This document shows, piece by piece, positions 1 through 8,377 of a DNA stretch of 64,000 nucleotides. The stretch covers positions 672,001-736,000 of the forward strand of contig CAVVEU010000008.1 of the NCBI GenBank assembly GCA_963747235.1, given 5' to 3'. The stretch comes from an uncultured Candidatus Rokubacteria bacterium. GTDB lineage: Bacteria; Methylomirabilota; Methylomirabilia; Rokubacteriales; CSP1-6. Every line of letters starts with the position of its first letter. Positions within the stretch are counted from its first letter, which is position 1. The position numbers and the translations under genes were made by a program. Under the pieces are notes generated by a model. It had not been told where the DNA came from and did not search any database. It saw only the letters and a list, made by a program, of their open reading frames with translations.

Positions 1-341
1 CCGTGGATGGGCGCCCGCTGCTGGTCGTCGCCTCGGGCGCCAACCGGGTGGACGAGCGGCGGCTGGGTGAGGTGGCGGGCGGCCGGATCCGTCGCGCCGA
101 TCCGGACACCGTGAAGCAGGCCACCGGGTACTCCATCGGCGGGGTGCCACCGATCGGGCTCGCGAGCCCGCTGGCGGTGTACGTGGACCGCGACCTGCTC
201 GGCTACGAGCTGGTCTACGCGGCGGCGGGGCTGCCGGAGTGCGTCTTCCCGCTCGCGCCCGATGAGCTGGTGCGGGCGACGGGCGGGCAGGTCGTGGACA
301 TCAAGGAAGCCGGGCGTCATTCGAAAGGAGCGCAGCCATGA
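1..341 (+). CDS. YbaK/EbsC family aminoacyl-tRNA deacylase (5' truncated by window)
   Basis: Motifs LVVASGANRVD, ATGYSIGGVPP, YAAAG typical of YbaK/ProX editing domains. Confidence 0.85.
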   Translation, partial: VDGRPLLVVASGANRVDERRLGEVAGGRIRRADPDTVKQATGYSIGGVPPIGLASPLAVYVDRDLLGYELVYAAAGLPECVFPLAPDELVRATGGQVVDIKEAGRHSKGAQP

Positions 342-1099
342 GACTCAAGGACAAGGTAGCCCTGATCACGGGGGCGGGCTCGGGCATCGGACAGGCGACG
401 GCGGTGCTCTTCGCGCGCGAGGGCGCGAAGGTCGCGGTCGTGGATCTGCGAGAAGACGCGGCGAAGGCGACCGCCGAGCAGATCGAGAAGAGCGGGGGCC
501 AGGCCCTGCCGATCCGGGCCGACGTCTCGAAGTCGGCGGACAACCAGGCCGCCATCCAGCAGGCGGTGGCGCGCTGGGGCCGGCTCGACGTCTTCTACGC
601 CAACGCGGGCGTGCCGCAGTTCCCGACTCCGGTGGAGAGCGTGGACGAGGCGGTGTTCGATCAGATCATGGCGGTGAACGTGAAGGGCGTGTTCCTGGCC
701 GCCAAGCACGTGATGCCGGTCTTCAAGAAGCAGAAGAGTGGCGTGCTGCTCATCACCGGCTCGACCTCGGGCCTGCGCCCGCGGCCGGGCGTGCAGTGCT
801 ACTCGGCCTCGAAGGGCGCGGTGCACACCATGGCCGCGAGCCTCGCGCTCGAGTTCGCCGCGTTCGGCGCGCGGGTGGTCGCGATCGCCCCGGTGGCGAC
901 CGAGACCCCGATGCTCGCCACCTTCATGGGCAAGAAGCAGGTGGACGAGGAGGGCATGACCCGCTACCGCGGCACCGTGCCGCTCGGGCGGCTCAACAAG
1001 CCGGAGGATCTGGCCGCCGCGGCCCTCTTCCTCGCCTCCGACGACGCCGCGATGATCACGGGCAGCGTGTTCCCGGTGGACGGGGGGCGTTGCATCTAG
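338..1099 (+). CDS. Short-chain dehydrogenase/reductase (FabG-like)
   Basis: TGAGSGIG Rossmann motif, NAG, YSASK catalytic motif, ITG...VDGG C-terminus; ATGA overlap with upstream gene. Confidence 0.92.
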   Translation: MRLKDKVALITGAGSGIGQATAVLFAREGAKVAVVDLREDAAKATAEQIEKSGGQALPIRADVSKSADNQAAIQQAVARWGRLDVFYANAGVPQFPTPVESVDEAVFDQIMAVNVKGVFLAAKHVMPVFKKQKSGVLLITGSTSGLRPRPGVQCYSASKGAVHTMAASLALEFAAFGARVVAIAPVATETPMLATFMGKKQVDEEGMTRYRGTVPLGRLNKPEDLAAAALFLASDDAAMITGSVFPVDGGRCI

Positions 1100-1100
1100 C

Positions 1101-1140
1101 TCTTACCCTCTCCCTTCTGGGGAGAGGGTAGGGTGAGGGG
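1101..1140. repeat. GC-rich hairpin / REP-like element
   Basis: TACCCTCTCCC-ttctg-GGGAGAGGGTA perfect 11-bp stem (1104-1130) followed by GGGTGAGGGG, right after the SDR stop. Confidence 0.6.
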
Positions 1141-1188
1141 CGAGATTGGGCGAGGGGTCGCGATTGGGCGATCGGGCGTCGGGTCCGA

Positions 1189-1310
1189 GGTGCGGGGGCG
1201 CAGAAATGGCCCCCGCACCGTGGGCACACGAACGCATGAGCTCTGGGAACTGTCCATTGTTTGTATGCGGGGGCCCAGACATGGCCCCCGCACTCCCCCA
1301 CTGGCGGACA
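1189..1310 (-). repeat. Two tandem copies of palindromic repeat family A (consensus GGGGGAGTGCGGGGGCCATTTCTGGGCCCCCGCA)
   Basis: Copies at 1189-1219 and 1266-1310; their reverse complements match 45730-45774 and 52301-52344. Confidence 0.85.
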
Positions 1311-1336
1311 ACCGTTTCGAAAGCGGGGGCGTGCGC

Positions 1337-2302
1337 ATGATCGTCACTCCGCTGGCGGCCGAGTCTCTCGGCGTCAGGTCGATGGCGACGTACGTGGAGT
1401 GTGGGGCGACGCGGGTGCTGATCGATCCGGGCGCGATGCTGGCGCCCAACCGCTTCAACCTGGCGCCGGGAGAGGAGGAGTGGGAGGCGCTCCGGCGCGC
1501 CAACGATCGCATCTCGGCGTACGCGACGCGCGCCTCGATGGTCTTCGTGAGCCACTACCACGAGGATCATTTCCGCCACGATCCCGGCTTCTACGCGGGG
1601 CGGCCGCTCTGGGCCAAGGATTCCAAGCGGCACGTCGAGGGCCGGCAGGCCCAGCGGGCGGCCGCGCTCTGGCGCGCGCTCAAGGGCCACGCCGAGCCGC
1701 TCGCGGCCGAGGGGCGCCGGCTCGAGACGGCGGACGCGGTGCTCCAGGCCTCGCCGCCGCTCGGCCACGGCGCCGACGGGACCGCGCTCGGCTACGTCGT
1801 GGCGCTCACCATCGAGGACCGGCGCGAGGGCACGCGCTTCGTCCACGCCTCCGACGTGCAGGGGCCGCTGTCACCCGTGGCCGCCGCCTACCTGGCGCGC
1901 CAGCGCCCCACGCTGCTCTATCTCTCCGGCCCGCCCGCGTATCTCGAGTCGCAGATCGGCTCCGAGCTCATCGATCGCGGCATCGACCACCTGCTCCGCA
2001 TCATCGATCAGACCGGCTGTCGCGTGATCTTCGATCACTACGCGCTGCGGGACGCCGCGTACCCGGAGCGCTTCCGGCGGCTGTGGGAGACCGGCCGCGT
2101 GGTGACCGCGGCCGGCTACCTCGGGCTCGCGGACGCGCCGCTCGAAGCGCGCCGGCTCGAGCTCTGGCCGGGACGGCGGAAGCCGCCGATGCCGGTGCGG
2201 CCGTCGCGGGCCCGTGGGATGGCCGAGGCCGGCGGTGCGCAGCCGCCCGCGCGCGCCACGTTCAATCCCCGGCGAGGGCTTCGCCGGGCGAAGGAGGGAT
2301 GA
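1337..2302 (+). CDS. Metallo-beta-lactamase-fold hydrolase, UPF0282-like
   Basis: MIVTPLAAESLGVRSMAT, LIDPG, SHYHEDH, HASDVQG, DHY motifs; ATG 1337 preferred over the repeat-derived upstream extension. Confidence 0.75.
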   Translation: MIVTPLAAESLGVRSMATYVECGATRVLIDPGAMLAPNRFNLAPGEEEWEALRRANDRISAYATRASMVFVSHYHEDHFRHDPGFYAGRPLWAKDSKRHVEGRQAQRAAALWRALKGHAEPLAAEGRRLETADAVLQASPPLGHGADGTALGYVVALTIEDRREGTRFVHASDVQGPLSPVAAAYLARQRPTLLYLSGPPAYLESQIGSELIDRGIDHLLRIIDQTGCRVIFDHYALRDAAYPERFRRLWETGRVVTAAGYLGLADAPLEARRLELWPGRRKPPMPVRPSRARGMAEAGGAQPPARATFNPRRGLRRAKEG

Positions 2303-2306
2303 GGCG

Positions 2307-2774
2307 ATGAGCGAGGACAAGGCCCCGGGCGTGGGCGATGCCGCGCCGGACTTCACGCTGAAGACGATCGGGCTCCGGGACGTGAGCCTCAAGAGCTTCC
2401 GGGGCAAGAACGTGGTGCTGCTCTTCTACCCGCTCGACTGGACGCCCGGCTGCTCGACCTGCATGCCCGCCTTCGACCGGCGCATCAAGGAGTTCGACGC
2501 GACACAGACCCAGGTGCTGGGGATCAGCACGGACAGCCCCTTCAGCCACGAGGCCTGGGCGAAGTCGGTCGGCATCTCGAACTACCCGCTCCTCTCGGAC
2601 ATCCACCGGACCACCAGCCGGGCCTACGGCGTCTACTGGCCGGACTGGAACGCGAACGTGCGGGCGACCTTCGTGATCGACAAGCAGGGCACGATCCGCG
2701 TCGTCGAGCGTTACGGCAGGAGCGAGCTGCCGAATCCCGACAAGATCCTCGCCGAGGTCAAGAAGCTGCCCTAG
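2307..2774 (+). CDS. Peroxiredoxin (AhpC/TSA, AhpE-like)
   Basis: APDFTL, FYPLDWTPGC peroxidatic motif, GISTDS, RATFVIDK; AAGGAGG RBS. Confidence 0.88.
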   Translation: MSEDKAPGVGDAAPDFTLKTIGLRDVSLKSFRGKNVVLLFYPLDWTPGCSTCMPAFDRRIKEFDATQTQVLGISTDSPFSHEAWAKSVGISNYPLLSDIHRTTSRAYGVYWPDWNANVRATFVIDKQGTIRVVERYGRSELPNPDKILAEVKKLP

Positions 2775-3672
2775 GCTCGCGCGGGGCCTGGGTCGTCAGG
2801 GCGACCCCCAGGAGCACGAGGGCGCCGCCCACGATCTCCGGCCACTCGACCGCCTCGTGCAGCATCGCCCACGCCAGCGCCACGCCCACCACCGGCTGCA
2901 GGTTCATGAAGATCGCGGCGCGGCTCGGGCCGACCGCCTTGACGCCCTCGTACCACCACACGTGGGCGATCGCACCCAGGAACGCCTGGTAGAGCACGAC
3001 CCCCCACGCGGTCTGCGACGTGAAGTCGGGGCGGGGGAAGAAGGGGGCGGCCACCAGCGCCATCGGCAGGAGCATGGCCGAGCCGAGGATGTAGGAGGCG
3101 GTGGTGGCCACCGCCGGGGAGTGCACCGCGAGCACCTGCTTGCCGTAGATCGTGTAGGCGCTCCAGCCCGCCTGCGAGACGATCAGGATGAAGTCGCCGG
3201 GCATCAGCTCGAGATGGATGATTGCGCGCCAGCTCCCGCGCGTGATGACCAGCAGCACGCCCGCCATCGAGGCTGCCACCCCCGCCCACTGGCGCCGCCG
3301 TAGCCGCTCCTTCAAATAGAACCGAGCGCCCAGCGCCACCATCACCGGCGTGGCCGCCTGCAGGATGGCGGCATTGGCCGCGGTGCTGAGCGCGATGCCG
3401 AGATAGGTGCCGCCGGTGGAGACGAACAGCCCGGTGAAGCCCAGGAACGCGAAGGTGCGCAGGTCGGCCGCGCGCAGCTCGCGAAACTCCTCCCAGCCGC
3501 GGCGGAAGAGCAGCACCGTGAGGAACGCGGAGGCCAGCGTGCAGCGCAGCGAGACCAGCACGTAGGGTGGGAAGTGGGCGAGGGCGAGCTTGGCGAACGC
3601 GGGATAGGAGCCCCAGAGCCCGGAGATCAGGGTGAGGGCGACGTAGGCCCGCGTTTGACCGGGGTCCGGCAC
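2758..3672 (-). CDS. DMT/EamA family transporter
   Basis: About 10 hydrophobic helices in two EamA repeats (LWGSY, AANAAIL, GPSRAAIFMNLQPV). Confidence 0.9.
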   Translation of the reverse strand: MPDPGQTRAYVALTLISGLWGSYPAFAKLALAHFPPYVLVSLRCTLASAFLTVLLFRRGWEEFRELRAADLRTFAFLGFTGLFVSTGGTYLGIALSTAANAAILQAATPVMVALGARFYLKERLRRRQWAGVAASMAGVLLVITRGSWRAIIHLELMPGDFILIVSQAGWSAYTIYGKQVLAVHSPAVATTASYILGSAMLLPMALVAAPFFPRPDFTSQTAWGVVLYQAFLGAIAHVWWYEGVKAVGPSRAAIFMNLQPVVGVALAWAMLHEAVEWPEIVGGALVLLGVALTTQAPREPRAAS

Positions 3673-3695
3673 CCGCCTATGATAGCGCGGCCCCC
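3655..3695. promoter_or_regulatory. Overlapping divergent sigma70-type promoters
   Basis: + strand TTGACC(3655)-17 bp-TATGAT(3678); - strand TATCAT (3679-3684) 6 bp before the DMT GTG. Confidence 0.6.
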
Positions 3696-4167
3696 ATGGC
3701 GGACTACATTCTCGAGCGCCGCGTGTGGCTTCCGCGTCCGCGCGCCGTGGTGTTCGAGTTCTTCGCGGACCCGCGCAACCTCGAGCAGCTCCATCCCGCC
3801 TGGGCGCGGCCCCGCTGGCTGACTCCGCCGCCCGCCCGGCTCGCCGCCGGCGTCGTCCTCGACTTCCGCGCGGCGTGGCTGCCGGGGCGCTGGCGCGTGA
3901 TCGTCCGCGAGTTCGACGCGCCCTACCGCTTCGTGGACGCGCAGGTCAAGGGCCCGTTCGCGCGCTGGGAGCACCGCCACCGGTTCACGGAAGGCGCGGA
4001 GGGAGAGGGCGGCACCTGGGTGGAAGACCGCGTGACCTATCGCCCGCCGCTGGGCCCGCTGGGCCGGCTCGCGCACGCGCCTCGGCGCGGGCGCGCGCGT
4101 GCGGGCGCTCTTCGAGTACCGCGACCGCCGCCTCCGCGAGCTGTTCGGCGGTCCTGACAAGACGTAG
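3696..4167 (+). CDS. SRPBCC/polyketide cyclase-like protein (frameshift near 4080)
   Basis: FFADPRNL, FVDAQVKGPFARWEHRHRF, DRVTY; the conserved LFEYR end is in the +1 frame, stop at 4165-4167. Confidence 0.8.
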
Positions 4168-4179
4168 ACCGAGTGCCCC

Positions 4180-4262
4180 GGTCCGCTCCGAGCGCGGGCT
4201 CCGCCCGCGCATCCTGCTTTGGGGGGAGGTTCGGCAGGGGGGCGTAGCCCCCCTCCGAGTTT
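4180..4262. repeat. Intergenic palindromic element between convergent genes
   Basis: Hairpins GCGCGGGC-tcc-GCCCGCGC and GGGGGG-cgtag-CCCCCC. Confidence 0.55.
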
Positions 4263-5268
4263 AACTCGCGGCGGGCAGGTCGATGCCGAGGGCGGAGAGG
4301 CGCGGGCGCACCCGCTCGGTGAGCAGCCCGATCCGGGCGAGGTTGTTCACCATCGAGGCGTGCATGTCGCGCTTGAAGTACTTCCGGTAGACCGCGTAGT
4401 CGTTCCGGGCCGCCACGTCGCGCCGGTAGACCTTCACCTCGTCGATCTGGGCCCGCGAGAAGCCGATGTCGCGATAGGCCTCGACCGGGAAGAAGCCGGT
4501 GAGCACCTTCTCGAGCGCGAGGCAGGTGAAGTCCTCCATCTCCTGGCGCTCCGCGTCGCTCGCCTCGCGGACGATGTCGGGCAGGGCCAGCATGCCGAAG
4601 CCCATGTGGCGCGACTCGTCCTGCAGGATGCGGGTGCACACCTGGCGGAGGAGCGGATCCGAGGCCGCCTCGCCCATCATCTTGAAGATGGCGACCGCGA
4701 AGGTCTCGGCCACGAGCTGGAGCGCGATGGTCTTGATGTACCAGCGCTTGTCGGTGAGGATCGCGTCGAAGAGCACGCGCTCGTTCTCGGGCATGGGGTA
4801 GTGGAGGCCCCCGAGGCGCGTCTGGATGTAGCGCTCCAGGACCTCGTTGTGGCGGGCCTCGTCCATGACCTGGGTGGCCTGGAAGAACTTCTCGTCGGTG
4901 CCCTGGACGATGTCCACCATCTGGCTGCAGGCCAGCATCGCGCCCTGCTCGCCGTAGACCAGCACCGAGAGCCGCCACGCCGCGATGCGGCGATTCAGCT
5001 CGACGCGGTCCTTCTCGGAGAGGCGCGCCCAGATCGGGCTGCCGTGGATGTCCACCAGCTCGTCGGAGAGCACGCGGCCGTCGGACGGCTCCGGGGTGTC
5101 CCAGGCGATGTCGCGGCTGGCGTTCCACTGGTCGCGCTTGGCCTTCTCGTAGAGGCTGCGCATGTCCTCGGCCTGGACCGAGTAGTCGAACTCGAACACG
5201 GTCTCGATGGTGCCGGGGATCACGCGACGTTCCATCTTGGGATCTGCCACCGGGATGTGCTCCGCCAT
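4261..5268 (-). CDS. Ferritin-like diiron protein (AurF/R2-like oxygenase family)
   Basis: Diiron ligands GEQGA, DEARH, AETFA, DESRH; AGGAGG RBS before ATG 5268. Confidence 0.8.
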   Translation of the reverse strand: MAEHIPVADPKMERRVIPGTIETVFEFDYSVQAEDMRSLYEKAKRDQWNASRDIAWDTPEPSDGRVLSDELVDIHGSPIWARLSEKDRVELNRRIAAWRLSVLVYGEQGAMLACSQMVDIVQGTDEKFFQATQVMDEARHNEVLERYIQTRLGGLHYPMPENERVLFDAILTDKRWYIKTIALQLVAETFAVAIFKMMGEAASDPLLRQVCTRILQDESRHMGFGMLALPDIVREASDAERQEMEDFTCLALEKVLTGFFPVEAYRDIGFSRAQIDEVKVYRRDVAARNDYAVYRKYFKRDMHASMVNNLARIGLLTERVRPRLSALGIDLPAAS

Positions 5269-5293
5269 CGAGGGCCTCCTGGATGATGCGTGG

Positions 5294-5367
5294 AAACCGG
5301 AGAGTACTGTTTCTAGACTCTTCGGTTTTATCACGGCGGTCGCGGCGCGGTCAAGTAGACTGGGCCG
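5294..5367. promoter_or_regulatory. Divergent promoter region with putative TetR operator
   Basis: Inverted repeat AAACCGGAGAGT-N11-ACTCTTCGGTTT (5294-5328); - strand TTGACC-18-TAAAAC; + strand TAGACT 6 bp before the tetR GTG. Confidence 0.6.
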
Positions 5368-6030
5368 GTGAACGCCAGGCGCAAGGCGGCCCGGGCCCAG
5401 ATCCTCCGCGCCGCCGCGGATCTCTTCCGGGAGCGCGGCTACCAGGCCTCCACGGTGGAGCACATCGCGGCGCGCCTCGGGATGTCCAAGGCTTCGCTCT
5501 ACACCCACTTCCGGGCCAAGGAGGAGATGCTCGCCGCCATCTCGCGGGAGACCATCGAGACCTTCACCCGCGACCTCAACCTGGTGCTGGGCTCCCGGCT
5601 GGATCCCGCGGAGAAGCTGCGCCGCATGGTGCGGCAGCACGTGCGCTTCGTCATCGCCAACCGCTCCTTCCTGACCGTGTTCTTCGGCGAGGAGGCGAAC
5701 CTGCCCCCGCGATTCGCGCGCTCCCTGGCCGCCCAGAAGGACCGCTACGACAAGGGGGTCGAGCGCATCGTGCTGGACGGCGTGCGCGCCGGGGTCTTCC
5801 GGGACGTGCCGCCCCGGCTGGTGGTCTTCGGCGTGCTCGGGATGGTCAACTGGGTCCACAAGTGGTACAACCCGGCCGGCCGGTGGGGCGCCGAGGAGAT
5901 CTCGGCCGCGTTCCTCTCCCTGATCGAGGGCGGCCTCCTGCGCCGGAAGCGCCGCGGTCCCGGGCTGAGCGGGCGGCTGCGGCGGCTCGAGCGCGAGCTG
6001 CACGACGTCGCCCGCCAGCTCGATGCTTGA
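5368..6030 (+). CDS. TetR/AcrR family regulator (KstR2-like C-terminal domain)
   Basis: N-terminal HTH (LFRERGY...SKASLYTHFRAKEE); C-terminal GMVNWVHKWYNPAG. Confidence 0.9.
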   Translation: MNARRKAARAQILRAAADLFRERGYQASTVEHIAARLGMSKASLYTHFRAKEEMLAAISRETIETFTRDLNLVLGSRLDPAEKLRRMVRQHVRFVIANRSFLTVFFGEEANLPPRFARSLAAQKDRYDKGVERIVLDGVRAGVFRDVPPRLVVFGVLGMVNWVHKWYNPAGRWGAEEISAAFLSLIEGGLLRRKRRGPGLSGRLRRLERELHDVARQLDA

Positions 6031-6907
6031 CCTGCTGGGCGCGCACATGTCCATCGCGGGCGGTCTCGCCCGCGCCCTGGAGCGCGGCCTGGAGGTGGGC
6101 TGCTCGGTGGTGCAGATCTTCCTCAAGAACCAGCGCCAGTGGACGGCCCGCCCGTACACCGACAGCGAGGTCCGGGAATTTCGCGCCGCCTGGAAGGCGT
6201 CCGGGATCCGCGTGGTCTTCGCCCACGCCAACTACCTGATCAACCTGGCCACGCCGGTGGCCGCGGAGTGGCGCCGCGCGGTGGACACCTTCCAGGACGA
6301 GCTGGAGCGGGCGGAGGCGCTCGGGCTGCCGTTCGTGGTGATCCATCCGGGCTCCCATCGCGAGACCGGGCTGGACGAGGGCATCCGGCGGGTGGCGCGC
6401 GCCATCGACGTGCTGCACGAGCGGACGCGCGGCTACGGGGTGCGCGTGGTGCTGGAGAACACCGCGGGCGGCGGCTCCACCATCGGCCGGTCCTTCGAGG
6501 AGCTGGCCGCGATGGTGGCCGCGGTGGACGAGCCCGCCCGCGTGGGCATCTGCCTCGACACCTGCCATCTCTACGCGGCGGGCTACGACATCCGCACCGC
6601 CGACGGCTACCGGAGCGCGATGGCGCGCTGCGGCCGGCTGCTCGGCACGCGGCGCGTGCGCGCGTTCCATCTCAACGACGCCCGCCAGCCGCTCGGCTCC
6701 GGCCTCGATCGCCACGAGAAGATCGGCCGCGGCCACCTGGGCGTGGAGACCTTCCGCCGGCTGATGAACGACCGGCGCTTCGCCCGGGTGCCGATGGCGC
6801 TCGAGACGCCGAAGGACCCGGAGCCGCGCGCGGATCGCGAAGCCCTCGCGCTGTTGAGGAGCCTGCGCCGGGCAGAGCGGCGCCCTGCCCGGTCGACCCT
6901 TCGCTAG
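6023..6907 (+). CDS. nfo: Endonuclease IV (AP endonuclease)
   Basis: GAHMSIAGG, HANYLINL, HPGS, LENTAG, CLDTCH, HLND, DRHEKIG, LETP. Confidence 0.95.
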   Translation: MLDLLGAHMSIAGGLARALERGLEVGCSVVQIFLKNQRQWTARPYTDSEVREFRAAWKASGIRVVFAHANYLINLATPVAAEWRRAVDTFQDELERAEALGLPFVVIHPGSHRETGLDEGIRRVARAIDVLHERTRGYGVRVVLENTAGGGSTIGRSFEELAAMVAAVDEPARVGICLDTCHLYAAGYDIRTADGYRSAMARCGRLLGTRRVRAFHLNDARQPLGSGLDRHEKIGRGHLGVETFRRLMNDRRFARVPMALETPKDPEPRADREALALLRSLRRAERRPARSTLR

Positions 6908-7551
6908 CGGGAGTGGACGACGCCGGTCCGCGGGCAGCCCGCGCGAATCGGGCACTCCGAGCAGCGCGGTGAGACGGGCAGGCAGATGTTCTGGCCGAAC
7001 GACACGAGCAGGTCGTTGTAGCCGATCCAGTAGCGGCGGGGCAGGGTACGGCGGAGCGCCATCTCGGTCTCCTCCGGGGTGCGCGTCTTGACGTAGCCCC
7101 AGCGGTTCGAGATCCGGTGCACGTGCACGTCCACGCAGATCCCCGGCTTGTTGAAGCCCTGCGTCACCACCAGGTTCGCGGTCTTGCGGCCCACACCCTT
7201 GAGCGTGAGCAGCGCGTCGATGTCGTCGGGCACGACGCCGCCGAAGCGCGCGAGCAGGTCGCGGCTGATCTCGCGGAGCACGCGCGCCTTCGTCCGGTAG
7301 AAGCCGACCGGGTAGATGGCCCGCTCGATCGCGCGCGGGGTGAGGCGGCGGATGCCCTCGGGCGTGTCGGCCAGCGCGAAGAGCCGCGCCGCCGCCGGTC
7401 CGGTGGTCTGGTCCTTGGTGCGGAGCGAGAGCAGGCAGGCGACGAGCACGCGGAAGGGATCGTGCCACTGCGCCGCCACCTCGGCCAGCGCGGTGATCCG
7501 CCACCCCGGCGCCTCGCGCCGCAGCCGCCGGATGGTGTGGCCGATGCTCAT
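6904..7551 (-). CDS. nth: Endonuclease III (HhH-GPD glycosylase with 4Fe-4S cluster)
   Basis: LLSLRTKD, LKGVGRKTANLV, VDVHVHRI, C-x6-C-x2-C-x5-C. Confidence 0.93.
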   Translation of the reverse strand: MSIGHTIRRLRREAPGWRITALAEVAAQWHDPFRVLVACLLSLRTKDQTTGPAAARLFALADTPEGIRRLTPRAIERAIYPVGFYRTKARVLREISRDLLARFGGVVPDDIDALLTLKGVGRKTANLVVTQGFNKPGICVDVHVHRISNRWGYVKTRTPEETEMALRRTLPRRYWIGYNDLLVSFGQNICLPVSPRCSECPIRAGCPRTGVVHSR

Positions 7552-8282
7552 GAGCGGGCCGGGAGCTCGGCCAGGAGCCGGCGGGCCTCGGGCGCGTCCT
7601 TCATCGTCCAGTCCGCCGCGTTCGACGGCGCTTTCTCGTCGAGCACCGCCTGCAGCTCGCGCCGGGCCTCCGGGACGCGCCCGCGCGTGATGAGGGTGCG
7701 GGCGAGGCCGACGCGCAGGCCGGTGAAGCGGCCGTCCACCTCGAGCCCCTTCCGGAAGAGGCGCTCGGATTTCTCCAGATCGCCGCCGAAGAGCCCGGGC
7801 ACCTCGTAGTAGACGGTGCCCGCGAGGACGTAGGCCGGCGGGAACCGCGGATCCAGCTCGAGGGCGGTCTCCATCCCGCGCTTGACCTCGGGCAGGAGGA
7901 AGAGCGAGCGCAGCACGCCCTTGGTCTGCCCCCATCGCCCCGCGTTGGTGGCGTACCAGAAGTGGGCCCGGGCGTTGCGGGGCGCGATCTCGGCGGCCCG
8001 CCGGGCCGCCTGGCGACCCTGCTCGTAGGCGTCGAGCTTCTCCTGCGCGCCCCGGGCCCGCACGTCGCCGTAGAGGAACGCGATCTGGGCGAGGGCCAGC
8101 AGGTTGTCCACGCTCGGGTCGATCTGCGCGGCCGGCGCCACCAGGAGACGGAGCGCGTCGATGCGCGCGGGGCTCTCGTGGTAGCGGTCGGCCAGGGCGC
8201 GGACCTCGGCGGCGAGCGAGGCCTGGGCGCACGCCGCTCCCGCCGCGCAGAGGAGCATCACGATCGCCGCGACCGCGCGCAT
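7548..8282 (-). CDS. Exported tetratricopeptide-repeat protein (TatT-like)
   Basis: Signal peptide, helical TPR-like repeats, YYEVPGLFGGD motif. Confidence 0.65.
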   Translation of the reverse strand: MRAVAAIVMLLCAAGAACAQASLAAEVRALADRYHESPARIDALRLLVAPAAQIDPSVDNLLALAQIAFLYGDVRARGAQEKLDAYEQGRQAARRAAEIAPRNARAHFWYATNAGRWGQTKGVLRSLFLLPEVKRGMETALELDPRFPPAYVLAGTVYYEVPGLFGGDLEKSERLFRKGLEVDGRFTGLRVGLARTLITRGRVPEARRELQAVLDEKAPSNAADWTMKDAPEARRLLAELPARS

Positions 8283-8290
8283 CGCGCCCG

Positions 8291-8377
8291 ATGCTAGAGG
8301 CCCCGCGCGCGACTGTCAACCGCGGCCGCGCGCGTCCGCCTTGCGATGCCGCCACGCCGCCGGTATGGTAGGGCGCG
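8291..8377. promoter_or_regulatory. Back-to-back sigma70-type promoters, both near-leaderless
   Basis: - strand TTGACA(8314-8319)-17-TAGCAT-8 bp-ATG; + strand TTGCGA(8341)-17-TATGGT-8 bp-ATG. Confidence 0.7.

Noticed and set aside
1189-1310. Mini-CRISPR array (palindromic ~28-bp repeats with a ~46-bp spacer; also 52301-52414)
   Set aside because: Only two divergent copies per locus, no cas genes or leader, and the same repeat occurs singly inside a gene; it fits a REP-like family better.
1133-1336. 68-aa N-terminal extension of the MBL protein
   Set aside because: It consists of repeat sequence; family similarity begins at ATG 1337, which has a GGGGG RBS-like motif upstream.
2307-2774. Selenoprotein peroxiredoxin
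   Set aside because: Active-site codons are TGC (Cys); there is no in-frame TGA.
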